Origin: Macrostomum lignano
Taxonomy: Eukaryota
Assembly: GCA_002269645.1 (NCBI GenBank)
Contig: NIVC01000570.1
Location: forward strand, 62,001-126,000
Length of the DNA: 64,000 nt
Direction: 5' to 3'
The notes under the pieces are model-generated. The model saw only the letters and a list, made by a program, of their open reading frames with translations. It was not told the origin of the DNA and did no database searches. The position numbers and the translations under genes are program-made. Within the stretch, counting starts at the first letter, position 1. Every line of letters begins with the position of its first letter. Shown in pieces: positions 1-27,504 of this stretch.

Positions 1-40
1 TTATTTCTAGCACCTTGTTATAGCACTCTGATGCCCATTA

Positions 41-895
41 TGTTAGATAGAGGATCATGTCAGATAGGATCATGTCAGATAGGAGATCATGTCAGATAAG
101 GGATCATGTCAGATAGGAGATCATGTCAGATTAGGAATCATGTCAGACAGGGGATCATGTCAGACAGGGGATCATGTTAGATTAGGAATTATGTCAGACA
201 GGGGATCATGTCAGATAGGGGATCATGTCAGATTAGGAATCATGTCAGATTGGGGATCATGTCAGACAGGGGATCATGTCAGATAGGGGATCATGTCAGA
301 TAGGGGATCATGTCAGATAGGGGATCATGTCAGACAGGGGATCATGTCAGATTAGGAATTATGTCAGACAGGGGATCATGTCAGATAGGGGATCATGTCA
401 GATTGGGGATCATGTCAGATTGGGGATCATGTCAGACAGGGGATCATGTCAGATAGGGGATCATGTCAGACAGGGGATCATGTCAGACAGGGGATCATGT
501 CAGACAGGGGATCATGTTAGATTAGGAATTATGTCAGACAGGGGATCATGTCAGATAGGGGATCATGTCAGATTAGGAATCATGTCAGATTGGGGATCAT
601 GTCAGACAGGGGATCATGTTAGATTAGGAATTATGTCAGACAGGGGATCATGTCAGATAGGGGATCATGTAAGATTGGGGATCATGTCAGATAGGGTATC
701 ATGTCAGATTAGGAATCATGTCAGATAGGGGATCATGTCAGACAGGGGATCAGGTCAGATAGGGATCATGTCAGATAGGGGATCATGTCAGATAGGGGAT
801 CATGTCAGACAGGGGATCATGTCAGATAGGGGATCATGTCAGATAGGGTATCATGTCAGATTGGAGATCGTGTCAGATAGAGGATCATGTCGTAT
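41..895. repeat. 17-bp minisatellite (GGGGATCATGTCAGAYA, variant GGAATCATGTCAGATT), ~50 units
   Basis: Direct tandem repetition; the ORF track shows a 17-aa (3x17 nt) period. Confidence 0.95.
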
Positions 896-1379
896 AAGGA
901 ACTATCAGTCGGGAGTATGTCAGTTTCAGAAGACAAAAAGTTAAAGAACAGTTTCGTATCAGCTGGGGATTAAGCAGGCTGAGTCATAATTAGTTTCGTC
1001 CTTGTCATTAATTTAAACTTTGCTTGTTCAACTTAAAAAGAACTGTAGGAAACTCCCGGAACTCTTTGTCCACTCATAGGCTCACCAGAGAAGTCATCAC
1101 TTAAGGTAGAAAAGTCCTGTGGGCAGAAGAGGTGCCGGACCCAACTGACAGGGGGTCTGCCCCCCCCCTCCCCCAACCCCCAAAGCTTCCATGTCGGAAA
1201 TTGACTTGGCCCCCGTCTGCGCAAAGTGAAAATGGTGTTGAAGCGTTTCTTGACCATTCGGGTCGGGAGCATTGACAACAGCTGTTGGCCAGGCAGAGAG
1301 GTTTATTGCCCCTTCCAGAGGGCCGCGGAGCCCACAGCGCCACCCCATGCACCTCTCTGCTGTTCTGTGCTTTCCGCAG

Positions 1380-14911
<13,532 letters not shown>

Positions 14912-15369
14912 AAACCTGTTTCAGTCTGTTAGTACATCTTAGTCCCCCAATAGGATAGCTAATGTACACCCTTGCTGCAGTTCCGAATTTTCCAGCGATT
15001 TCTACATAATGAAGTTCGTATACTTACATCAGTGTGTCTGAACAGTCCTGCACCTCAAGGATTTGAATGACTCTCCCTGTCCAGTCAATGGTCAACAAGT
15101 TAGCAACGTACAACAATTAATGAATGAAGACACATAGCAAAGTGTACCACCTGCTACCCCATTTTGCCTCCGTACACATTCGCTTGTTCTTTTTAACTTT
15201 TTCAACATCGCTTGTTGTAATTCTGTTCCGTCTGTTTCAAAAAATTCGAAATCTGCTGTTCAGAGAGCAACATCACAGCAACAGCCATTCCCTAGCATGC
15301 GAACTGTTTCACCTGCAATCTCTCTCAGTTAGACTTTAAGATTCTGTAGGTTTCTCTATTATATAGTTC

Positions 15370-15375
15370 AATAAA
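15370..15375 (+). promoter_or_regulatory. Candidate polyadenylation signal of the Ig/FN3 gene
   Basis: AATAAA ~460 nt after the stop codon, followed by GT/T-rich sequence. Confidence 0.4.
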
Positions 15376-17923
15376 GTGTTTAAAATATTCCATTGGCTTA
15401 AATTATATTGTTAGTTAATGTTAGTAGTACCTAAAATCCTCAAAATCTAGCAATAATGAACGCATTGAAAAAAATTTGTGTTTTTTGTTTGAATTGGCTT
15501 TGCAATACGCTTTTCAAATGTGAATTTTTATTCGATCTAAATTGTCGCTTTTTCAATGCTGGCGTTAGTTAGGTTTTTCGCTACTCGTAAGATAAAAAAG
15601 TTCGAGAAACTTTATTGTTCTCAAAGTCTACTTTTAAAAAACTTGCTAAATTAGTCTTTTAAATTTTTGCTTCCCTTCAATGTTCAACTATTATGTATGC
15701 CTGTGTAATGTCTAAAAAAGAAGACAAAATTACATTTTTAACCGCTTAGCGAGCAGCAAATTGTTTGTTTTTCTCATCATCATCGGTTTATTTTTAAAAG
15801 AAAAAACTGTACCGGTTGAAATTTATGTACCGGCAAAATAGGGTTTTTGTGAAGTTTAGTCGTGCTTTGAGCAGCAAACCAGACCGCAGGTTTTGTACGT
15901 AAAGCTTCATTATATCTTTATACTTACATGCTTTGCTCTTTTGCCTGAGTTGGAGTTCACTTTCGCTGCTGTTATACACACGGTTGCTCAATCCAATTTA
16001 ATCGAGGTAAGATTTAGCTAACAAAATTTGAATTATTTCAAAAACTTTGGAAAGCCGGTGCAGACCTTTAGAAATTAAAAAATAATATTTACTTACAGTT
16101 CTTAAATTATATATAATTTAGAAAACTTTTCGTAACTTCGACAACAAAGTTTTGTATGTCGGTTTTTATAAAATAATAAGTATCCTAGTAGCTACTAGTA
16201 GTATGAGATAAAAACAATTTATAAAATCCATGTCAATCCTGCAGCAGTAATTCCGGTAGCTTTTATGTTAGATTTTTGCGTTGCCTAATTTTGTAACAAA
16301 AGTTTCGTTTAATATACGATTATTATTACAAATATACTTTGTAATATTCTGAATATTTTATATAACCATAGAAAACCTCAAAATGCGTGGTTGAAACTTA
16401 GCTATCAAATTGAAATGACCGATTTTGCATTTTGGCGTCAATTTAAATGATACATAAATTAAGTTGCCCGAAATTTCAAGTATAAAAAATGCAGGAGCAG
16501 GATTGTCATTAATTTTATTGGTTTCATTGCGCGAGCACCATGCAGCGTGGATAGGAGGCTTACCCAGCACCATTTAGAAAATATAAATTTAGATTTTATC
16601 AACTATTTGGTTAGTTCAAACAAATTACGAACTTAATTGCGCTATACGCTTTCCGTGTGTTCTTGTCGTTTTTCTTTGTCGCGTTGATCGTTTTCAGTTG
16701 CTTGCAATTTTAACCCATTAAGCTCCATGGCAAACTTGAATTCCCGATCGAGTCGACGGGGACTCTGCATAATCAATTTTTTACTTACTACCTACTCGTT
16801 TGTCTATCTGCTTTCTGCATACCAAATATATTCTAGAAAATTGTATGCGTTCCTTGAAAAAAATCTGTCAAGACTTTCTTTAACTTCCTTCGATTTCTTC
16901 AGCTCGCGTGAAGCCATCCGGTATGCATGGACCGATTGAAAGAAAAAATCAAAAGGCAAGCAGTTATAGCAGTGATGAGGCATCGATGCGTGTGTAGCAG
17001 GAGTCGGCAAGTTTTTTTACTTCAGGGGACAGAAAAAAAACCTAGCTAATGGCTTCGGGCCAGATGAGAGCGGAAACTAAAAGGAATAAAAAGAGAAGGA
17101 GAGAAGTGAAGAGAGATGAGATATGGGATGAGAGAAGATATGAGAGAGAATATGATAAGAGGAGATCGAGAGAGGAGGGAGAGCTAGGAGAGAAGAGAGC
17201 TTGAGCGGGCCGGAATGCTGTTGTGAAATTTCAAAGAAACCGAGGGCCGGATTCGGAGGATGCAGAGGAAGAAGGAAAAATTTGGCCACGTTGCAGTTTT
17301 ACGAGTATCAGCAGTAATTTTACTAGCGAATTGGAGGTAAGATCTTCATCACTCGGAAACGAATATAGCTGTTAGCTGTGCAATATAAATATTTACCAGC
17401 ATACATGTATATTAGCACTTCTTAAAACCTTGCCAAAGACGTTAAAGCGGTTAAAATAGTCAGTCTGCCAAAAAGAAGTGCAGTCGAAGTGCACTACAGT
17501 ATAAATACAAATGTGTAGCTACAGAGCGCCATAAATGAAAACCCAGCAGTGTTTCCTTGGGCTTCCAGAAAAAATATTGATAAGTAGGAATTTTTGCGAT
17601 TAAAATTTAAAGTGTGCAACGCAAGTGCAATTAAAATATTGGCTGTGATAAGTACGTTGTTGGGTGCAGGTTGCTAGCGTGCTCAGATAAAGCGGAAGGA
17701 CGCAATAGCAAGATAGGAAATTTTAGTTTTTTTACGATTCGCGAGTGTATAGCGTCCCTCTGCTTCAGTTTTCCATGATCGCCAGTGGTGGCTGAATGAG
17801 TCGAAAGCCCACTCTCTCAGTGGCTGCATGTAATATCTAATATAACTTGAGTGAGGTGTGACAACAGCTAATAAAACTAACAACTCAGTTAACTCAAGTA
17901 GCGACTCGACACAGTTTAACTAC

Positions 17924-20024
17924 TCAAAGTCCATCGCGACGCATGAGTTGCAGCTGAAATGGCGGCGGGCAAGCCACGAGGCCAAGCGAGCCGCCCTCGG
18001 AAAGGAGGCGCTCCGCTTTGACCTGACTGGCGCAGTCTTTGTCGTCGCCACCGACGGCAATTCCAATGCGGAAGTGCTGCAGGAAGCGGGCGGCAGTCAG
18101 GAAGATTTCCATGCGGGCCAGCTGCTCGCCGAGGCAGGCGCGCGGACCCACGGAGAAGGGCAGCGCCATCGGCAGAGCTAGGAAATTACCATCGGAGTCC
18201 AGAAAGCGCTCCGGCTTGAACACAGACGGCTCGGCAAAGTGGCGCGGATCCCGCTGCGCCGCCTGGATGTTTGGAAGCAGCCAGGCGCCCTCGGGGATTC
18301 GGTAGCCGCCAGACAGCAGGACAGACCGCTCAGCCCGGTGGACGACGGCTGTTGGCACCGGCGGATTCAGCCGTAGCGTCTCCTCGATGAAGGCGCGCAG
18401 CAGGTTGAGCTGAGCGCGGTCGGCGTGTCCAACGTGACGATCGCCGACGATGCAGTCGATCTCGTCAGCCAGACGTCGCTGCCAGCTGGGGTGGGCAGCG
18501 AGCCGCAAGAAGATCCACTTCAGAGCGGAGCCGGTGGAGTCCGTGCCGGCGATGGTCAGGTCGAAGAGCGACACGGCTAGACGGCCTTCGCTGAAAGCGT
18601 CGTCAGGTTTGCTGCTGCAATTGGTGTCAAGATTGTAGCCGGCGGCGCCTTCGGACTCAGCGACGACACGTACAGCTGCATCCAGGAAGGTGCATGCCTG
18701 CAATATTGGTAGTTGACGCGTTACTTCTAGTGGTCCTTGTGATGCATTTGCTGGATTCAGGTAGGAAGGGTGACCCCAAGTAGCTGGGATAAAGACCTCA
18801 GGTAGCCGTAAGGAATTAACTTGCCTAGGAGGAAGAAATTTGAGTAAGATCCGAGGGAGAACCCCAATGAAACTCATTTCAAAGCAAGATCCGCAAAAGA
18901 AAATAGCAAAGCACTTGCCTGATAAGTGTTGTTGTTATTCCTGCTCGCGGTCGCCTCCTTCACTCGCTCCTCCGCAATGCCCAGCACTCGTTCGATAGCG
19001 GCTTTGGCTGCTCGAATCCGGTTAAGGCGCCACAGAAGCGGCGGGCAGCGGCGCAGCAGTGGCAAAAGGACAGCGCCGCCAAATCCGCTGTACACATCTG
19101 CCTGGACGACTGTCTGGACTGCGCGCAAGCTGCCGCCTAAGTCTGTGGTGTCGCTGGCGCGTTCACCGAACACCAGTCGGCAGATGATGTTGGTAGCAAT
19201 TCTAGCCAGTAGGTCGCTGTCAACTTCAAGCTGCCGACCGCTGGCGGGCAGTTCGGACAGCTGGTGCTGCAGCTCCGACTGGACGATGTCCTCCATGCCA
19301 CAGCGGTTGAAACCGAAGTCCTTCAGAACGCGGAGGGCCAGGTTGCGGTGCTTGCGCCACACCTGAATGTAGGGAAGGATAAATTTGGAATAAGCACTGA
19401 GAGGAAGGCTAGAGAGGGAGATACTAAGGTCAGGGAAGAGGGACACTGAGGGAGACACTGAGGGAGACACTGAGGGAGACACTGAGGGAGACACTGAGGG
19501 AGACACTGAGGGAGACACTGAAGGAGACTCTGGGGAGGACGAGACAGGAGGCAGTGGTGAGGATAGTAACGATGGAACAGTGAAGTACACAATGAAGAGT
19601 TCAGCCTGCTAGACACCCAATTCCAACTCACCTCTCCGTCGCCCAGGACGAGTCCGCTGCCCTTTAGCAGAGTCTCGGACCAGAGCAGCCGCTGTCGGCC
19701 AGACAAATCGTCGGCGTGGTCCAGCAGAGCCTCCCGGATGCGCTCGGTGCTGTTAAGTGTCACCCAGGTTCGTCCGGCCAACCGGAAGGCGAGTAAATCG
19801 CCGTACCGACCGACAGCTTCCGGTAGCCAGGCTCGGAACGGAAGTCGCAATTGAAAGTAGCTGCCAAAAAGCGGCAGGCGCCAGGGTCCTGGGAGACGTC
19901 GCTCAAGAGCATTGTTATTTGTAGGCTTCTTCATCATCAGCAGCAGCAGCATCAGCAGCAGCAGCAGCAGGGTGCCGCCCGCCAGCACCCAGCCGAAGCC
20001 GAGGCAGAGAATTTCAGTGGGCAT
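17924..20024 (-). CDS. Cytochrome P450, CYP2 clan (~536 aa, 3 exons)
   Basis: Exons 20024-19632, 19362-18919 and 18697-17924 total 1611 nt in frame. Motifs: N-terminal TM anchor, PGPWRLP, WRKHR, AGTDST, EETLR, FKPERF and heme motif PFSVGPRACLG. Intron 2 has a GC donor. Confidence 0.93.
19432..19526. repeat. 12-bp tandem repeat (GAGGGAGACACT) in CYP intron 1
   Basis: About 7 units, by direct inspection. Confidence 0.9.
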
Positions 20025-20079
20025 CGCGAGACAGAAGCAGACAAAAGCTCAGGGCTTGGAATCGCCTCGGTGGCTCCGA

Positions 20080-20086
20080 TTTTATA
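20080..20086 (-). promoter_or_regulatory. Candidate TATA box of the P450 gene
   Basis: TATAAAA on the minus strand, ~55 nt upstream of the ATG, in a GC-rich context. Confidence 0.45.
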
Positions 20087-20424
20087 GACGGGAAAATGCC
20101 GGTGAACTCGCCCAACCCTCCCCTCACCCGGCGCGTCCCGAGAAATGCCGCTCGCCGCGGGGTCCTCCGGTTGGTTGGTTCGGATTGGCGGAGTTGTGTA
20201 ATAAATACTGCAGGCATTGTAAATTTGTTCAACTATTTTTAGCTTTTTTTAGTCAGCACTTCAATATATTTTGGTTTAATGTGAAAGTTCATTTCAAGGT
20301 CGGGTAGCAAATATTTTTCAACTGTTTTTGTGTGACAGCAACATAAGGACTATACTGAAGCCATCCTTGAAATAAACTGGAGACTGTGCCGAGTTCCAGA
20401 TTGGGCACCAAACCTACGAACTGA

Positions 20425-22248
20425 GGTTCCAAACTAAGAATCAGTTCACTAAAACTAAGAATAAGTTCACCAAACTAAGAATCAGTTCACCAAACCAAGA
20501 ATCAGTTCACCAAACTAAGAATCAGTTCACCAAACCAAGAATCAGTTCACCAAACTAAGAACCAGTTCAACAAACTAGGAATCAGTTCACCAAACTAAGA
20601 ACCAGTTCAACAAACTAGGAATCAGTTCCCCAAACTAAGAATCAGTTCAACAAACTAGGAATCAGTTCCCCAAACTAAGAATCAGTTCAACAAACTAGGA
20701 ATCAGTTCCCCAAACTAAGAATCAGTTCACCAAACTAAGAACCAGTTCAACAAACTAGGAATCAGTTCACCAAACTAAGAATCAGTTCACAAAACCAAGA
20801 ATCAGTTCACCAAACTAAGAATCAGTTCACCAAACTAAGAATCAGTTCCCCAAACTAAGAATCAGTTCACCAAACCAAGAATCAGTTCACCAAACTAAGA
20901 GCTAGTTCACCAAACTAAGACCCAGTTCACCAAACTAAGAACCAGTTCACCAAACTAAGAGCTAGTTCACCAAACTAAGAGCTAGTTCACCAAACTAAGA
21001 ATCAGTTCACCAAACTAAGAACCAGTTCACCAAACTAAGAACCAGTTCACTAAACTAAGAACCAGTTCACCAAACTAAGACCCAGTTCACCAAACTAAGA
21101 ACCAGTTCACAAAACCAAGAATCAGTTCACCAAACTAAGAATCAGTTCACCAAACTAAGAACCAGTTCACCAAACTAAGAACCAGTTCACTAAACTAAGA
21201 ACCAGTTCACCAAACTAAGACCCAGTTCACCAAACTAAGAGCTAGTTCACCAAACTAAGAATCAGTTCACCAAACTAAGACCCAGTTCACCAAACTAGGA
21301 ATCAGTTCACCAAACTAAGAGCTAGTTCACCAAACTAAGAATCAGTTCACCAAACTAAGAATCAGTTCACCAAACCAAGAATCAGTTCACCAAACTAAGA
21401 GCTAGTTCACCAAACTAAGACCCAGTTCACCAAACTAAGAACCAGTTCACCAAACTAAGAGCTAGTTCACCAAACTAAGAGCTAGTTCACCAAACTAAGA
21501 ATCAGTTCACCAAACTAAGAACCAGTTCACCAAACTAAGAACCAGTTCACTAAACTAAGAACCAGTTCACCAAACTAAGACCCAGTTCACCAAACTAAGA
21601 ACCAGTTCACCAAACTAAGAGCTAGTTCACCAAACTAAGAATCAGTTCACCAAACTAAGAACCAGTTCACCAAACTAAGAACCAGTTCACTAAACTAAGA
21701 ACCAGTTCACCAAACTAAGACCCAGTTCACCAAACTAAGAGCTAGTTCACCAAACTAAGACCCAGTTCACCAAACTAAGACCCAGTTCACCAAACTAAGA
21801 CCCAGTTCACCAAACTAAGAACCAGTTCACTAAACTAAGAACCAGTTCACTAAACTAAGAACCAGTTCACCAAACTAAGACCCAGTTCACCAAACTAAGA
21901 ACCAGTTCACCAAACTAAGACCCAGTTCACCAAACTAAGAGCTAGTTCACCAAACTAAGACCCAGTTCACCAAACTAAGAACCAGTTCACCAAACTAAGA
22001 ACCAGTTCACTAAACTAAGAGCAAGTTCACCAAACTAAGAATCAGTTCACCAAACTATGACCCAGTTCACCAAACTAAGAACCAGTTCACCAAACTAAGA
22101 ACCAGTTCACTAAACTAAGAGCAAGTTCACCAAACTAAGAACCAGTTCACCAAACTAAGAACCAGTTCACCAAACTAAGACCCAGTTCACCAAACTAAGA
22201 ACCAGTTCACCAAACTAAGAGCTAGTTCACCAAACTAAGAGCTAGTCC
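20425..22248. repeat. 20-bp minisatellite (ACCAGTTCACCAAACTAAGA), ~90 units
   Basis: Tandem units whose first bases vary (ATC/ACC/CCC/GCT); lies just upstream of the P450 promoter. Confidence 0.97.
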
Positions 22249-25200
22249 AAGAGTTTAGGCGCCAACCAGAATCTTTGTGGCAAGTTAGAGTTTAGACAGA
22301 CATTCGGGCGCCAAATTTGAATGTCTCCTAGTGGGGTCAAGAATTGCCAGGTCTATTGGGGCTGACTGGCCGCTGCGTGGACAAAGACCGGCTGCGTTAC
22401 GAGTGCAAGCAAACTTTGTGCTCGATTTTTAAGACTGTCTTTGTAGCCATTTTTCGACCCCGTTAATGCTCTTCATTCAGTGTGTTTATTACCTAGAATT
22501 TTGGCCCAAGTCCCGTTTAATACCAGATCCGATGCCAGGAATTGAGGACGACTATACTCGTATTTAGTGCTGCGGCACTTGACGCAACTGGACGAAACCA
22601 GCTTTATTTTTGTAGTGTTCTTTTCGTAAATCTGGTGCATAATTCTCTTGCTGTAAAGAATGACTGCAACATGGCCGTGCACCCGGACAAAGGCTGAGTG
22701 TTGTGTGTGTTCAAAGTCGTAAACTCCTTCTACAGTGCTGGTGGAACTAAAAGACAGGAAAATTGAATAACGCAATTAGCTTAATAAATTGTGTCATCAA
22801 AACCGCCACCCCTGCCCGGATGACTGCTTGCTGTTTTGCTTACGCATATTAACAAATAATAGTGCAAGAGAAATGTCAACTGTGACTTCTGTACCCTGCC
22901 GCTCTTTCCGGGCTTCTTGCTTTCGTCTTCTGCGAATGCGAGTGCAAAACTTAGTCAGCTGTTCCAACTTGATTAGTCCACATAGGTAAGCTGTGCATTC
23001 TGCATTTTCAACTCGCTTCGGAGCAGAGACCAGACGCATCTCAGGTGGGTATCAAGCTTAGGATTTTTTGTCAATACGAGAGTAGAGATCAATTTTGCAA
23101 GATTTGTGCATCATTTATCGCGGGGAGTTTGATTGAACGCGAGTGACAATACGCAGTTAACGTACACTGGCACTAATGTACGACAAGCTGCAGATGGGTG
23201 ATGTGTCCAGGGGCCCGCGCTGTGAAACGCATACTCGTGACTCCCTCTGAAGTGTTTCGAAATTGCATATTAATCATGGTAACGAAGTAGCCCATGATAC
23301 TTGGGGTGCACGTGTGACAATCTCAGCTACTTCCTTTGGTAAAAGCAGTCATCCATGCGCTTAGGACATCATGTACTATGAATATTTCACTGATACCATG
23401 CAAGAAACGATTTGCTGAGGATTTTAAGAACCACGAACCATGCGCCCTTTGCTTTTAGGACCTTGTTGTCAGGCCTGCAAACTGTCACTCTGGTGACTCT
23501 GGTGCACTGCACTTATAGTTTCACTTTCACAGCGATTTTTCTAATAACCGTTTCAACGCCCACGCGGAAACCCAGCACTTGTGGCTGATTAAAGCTGGAA
23601 TTCGCAGAGCTTTTTTGTAATTCCTAACTCAAAATCTCTCAAGGACATGCATCGCAACGATGTGTCGTAAATCTTTATTTTCATAATTCTAGTGGAATTT
23701 CTAGCAATAAAAAATGAAAACTTCGAAATTCAAAAAGAAACAAAGACTTCTGGACATTGAATTTGTTCCCTAGCTTTCATTGGCCACTCGCACGAAAGCT
23801 CGATTGCGGAAATCTTGAAACTGGGTCAGCACTGTGAATTCGTCAGCAATGAGTCACGTGGTCCGAAAAACCGAGGGGAGGCCATGCGCAACTGCACCAG
23901 AAGCCGCGATTCAACTTCGAAATTATAATTCGATTCTGACTGTTTTGGTGCAATAGCACCAAATATATTCATTGCTCTTCACTGTTCAATAGTTTTCCTA
24001 CTGCTTCTGCTTTCTACTGCCTATTTGTTACGAGAGAATGCAAAACTGATTGCATGAATGCCGGAAAGAAACGCTGGATGGAGTCGTACTCGTATAATGA
24101 GTTCAGACCATTGTTTGCCAGTTTTCTCAATACCTGTGCATGCTCGAGATAGCATTTTTCATTTTATTTCAGAAGTCGAGCATCGTATTCAACCGTATTC
24201 AACCCATGCTTCGACGATTGTCATGGCTAAAACCGTATACGCTCTGTGCAATTTCTGGGTTCCATGGCACGAGAATCATGCTCCTCGTGCAATGCTCTGG
24301 CGATTGTAGAAGGTGCTCTGTGCAGTTGTAGAGAAGCGAATATCCAGCGCAATTGTAGAGAATGTTCTTTGCAAAATTCGAGAACGTTATATGCAATTTT
24401 TCAGTTTCATTGCTCTAGAATCTCTATATAAAATGCTCTGCAATCTCAAAAAATTATGTGTGCGATGCTCTGTGAAATTTTAGAGAATGCTAATGTGCTC
24501 ACGGAGAGAATTACTGAGATGTCCAGGGCTCAAATTAAGGGGGTGAATTGCTGAGAGGTTCCTACATGGCTCTCACATGGGGGTTGTTGAGGATTCCAAT
24601 GATCAATTGAAGGTTTTTGGTAGGTCAATCATCGAAGCCAGAGCAAGGACCACTAGGAACACTTCGTTATAGTCCTTGAGCGAGAGTTGGGCCGGGGTTA
24701 GGCCATAACTTAAGGAAAAGCTTTGATGTCAAAAGCTCAAATATTACGGAGTGTTAGCTGATATCTGAGGCTACTAAAGCTGGCACAGATATTTTTTGAT
24801 TTATAAGTAGTATATTTTTCTTTAGGAAACTATAACAATAGTGACTGTTATAAGGTCGAAAGCTACATGCATATTGTATAGTTTATTTTAAAAGTATTGC
24901 TTTCTTTATATTGTGGTCACCCAAATGGAGGCAAAGATGACTAGCTTGTACAAAGCATGAAATTTTCATGCTCAGTGGAAGGATAGACGAACTTGGTAAT
25001 TGTATATATTACAGTTCAGCCAACTAACCATGGTAATTTACTTTTAATCTGACGCTTATCGTCTTTTAACGTCGTCTAATGACGTTACAAGAGAATAATT
25101 TTGTCGGACGCCTCATACTTCTGCAATAAATGAAAGTTCTTTGCTGTTTTAACCCTCAAACAAAACTTTGGAGTCCAATGGAACTCACGATAATTTTCTA

Positions 25201-27504
25201 TGTATTTCATATGGAGTATTTGTTATCGTGGACGTGGCCCAACCTTTGGGGGATAAAGTCAAAGAGTAGCTTTTAAATTAATTTGCATACGCATACCTGC
25301 AAACGTGTTAAGTATGCAGGAAGATAAACAATACGAAAAATTAAGAATGCCTTTAAAGCACTTAGAGGTGCAAAAAACCGCAAGAAAAACTTTTTTAAAT
25401 TATTTATATAAAAAAAATCGTAACATAGACTGTAAGTAAATGTCGACACCGCAATTTAATTTGTAATTTTTTTATTTTGATGTTTATAGTCATGGACTGT
25501 GAAATCTATGCATGGTCATTGTCATGATATTGATAGCTACATGGGCAGGCGACTTTGGCGTGTTTGGTGTTACATTTTTCTCTAGTTGTATTTTTCGAAC
25601 CTATAAAATTAAATACAATAAAGCATTTACTTTTATTAACATTATTGTTATTATTAACATTTTAGTTACAATAATATAGCCATAGCCATATCAAAGCCTG
25701 TGCTGCATAGCATAGATTGGTTAATTAAGGTAAACAATAGTAAAATCAAGTTGCAATAAAGTCCTAAACCAATATCGTTTAATTTACTACATGCCTTATC
25801 TGTGTATTTTTTTTATTCTACTCTATTATAGTATAATTGTATCTAGTTATTTAAAAACTCTAATTAAAGTATTTTAAGTTTAACTAGGCCTATATAGAAA
25901 TTTAGACAAATGGAAACTAGAAAGAAGGACTAGCAATCAGTGCTCCCATTGGGGAGCCAAAAAATGCAGTATAAGTTTTTTTAATAAACTACATATAGTA
26001 TCTTTTTGCGATATACCTCAGTAGTCCCTTGTAAGCCTTGATATCTTAGTAATTCCTCCCCATAAGCCTTAATTAAATATATCAACTCCCCTTGCCCCCC
26101 TGCCCTAACATCTTAGCGATGCCCCCAAAAGCCTTGAAATCTTAAAAAAATTGATTAACCTTTTTACCATGGCATAACCTTAGCCTAACCCTAACCCAAG
26201 CCCTCTAATCCTAGCCCTAGCCTAGCCCTAGGCCCTAGCCTTAATCCTAATCCTAGGCCTAACCCTTACCTTAATGCATTGACATTTCAGTAATTCTTTC
26301 CAAGAGTCATTAAAGCACTACAGCATTATAGTGATTCCCTCTAAGCATCAACATCCCAATTTGACCTTTCTTAATGATTTTTATAAATCCTTTAATTTTC
26401 TATAATAAACTATATTAAAATACAGACAATACAAAGACAATACTTACAAAGACAGTACTAATATTTTAAAAAGACAATACTAATTAAAAATCTAATAAAT
26501 AATGTATAATTATATATCACTATGATTCACTATTACATATATTGATATAATTATAGTTATATTAATATTTATATATCAATATATGTTATTATGAATCAGA
26601 GTGATATTTATTCATTATTTATTAGATTTTTAATTATTATTGTCTTTGTAAAATAAATAAATTTATATTTATTAATATTATGATATATGAAGTATAAAAG
26701 TATTGCAAAGATATAATAAGACTTGTCATTTATATTTTTATTAAACAGTCAAACAAATAAAAAAATTACATTTTAAATTATATATTTTTTTTGTTTTAAC
26801 TCATTTTCATTTATCTAATAGGCTAAGATCATGGGTCTAAGACCTATGTATGTCCTATTCATTCATTCATTCAATAGTTATATAGTTTATGTGACTAGTA
26901 ATATTTAGCTTAAATGATTGATGCAATTGCAATGCCAAGCTAATATATCTTTATAATAAGTTATTTAAACATATTTCTAATAAGTTACAATTAAAAGTTC
27001 TTTGTTTCTTATATTTTAGGCCTAGTTTTTTAATGACTGCAAGAATTAAAAAATGCAATCCATTGAGAATTATTTTTTGTACAATAGAAAATACATTTTA
27101 AAATGGACCTAGTAAGTCTATAAGAAAATGATTTTTTACTTAGAATTATTTTTATAGAATTTTCCTTTAATTGTAATATAATATAAAATTACAAAAAGTA
27201 GAATGCAAGCGTATTTATGGTGCAAAAGTTTATAAAATAGTTACTTTAATTTTGCTTTTTGAAATTTTCTAGTGCTTTATCTTGATATAAAATTTTATCA
27301 ATTGCATAAAATGAGGAAAATATTATTAAAGTTTTAAATATTTGCAAAAATTATAATTATAATTAAAGAAACTTATAATAAAAGAAAACTTTTTTGTTTA
27401 GAAGAAATATTTACCTATAATCTTACATTTAAAAAAGGCAATTTTTTAAAAATATAGAAAATCTAGCTACATGTATACTCCCAATTTTCCCAATCTCAGT
27501 TTTC

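Noticed and set aside
22956-22984. Upstream ATG exon (MRVQNLV...) as the AP1G1 start
   Set aside because: Its donor is phase 2, so splicing to 28351 gives AGA GGG GGA TAA (stop). It can only be untranslated or a uORF.
24529-24540. CTCAAATTAAGG, identical to part of the left end of the 47952 element
   Set aside because: It is only 12 bp, lacks the GGGGTAGTT terminus, and I found no partner end.
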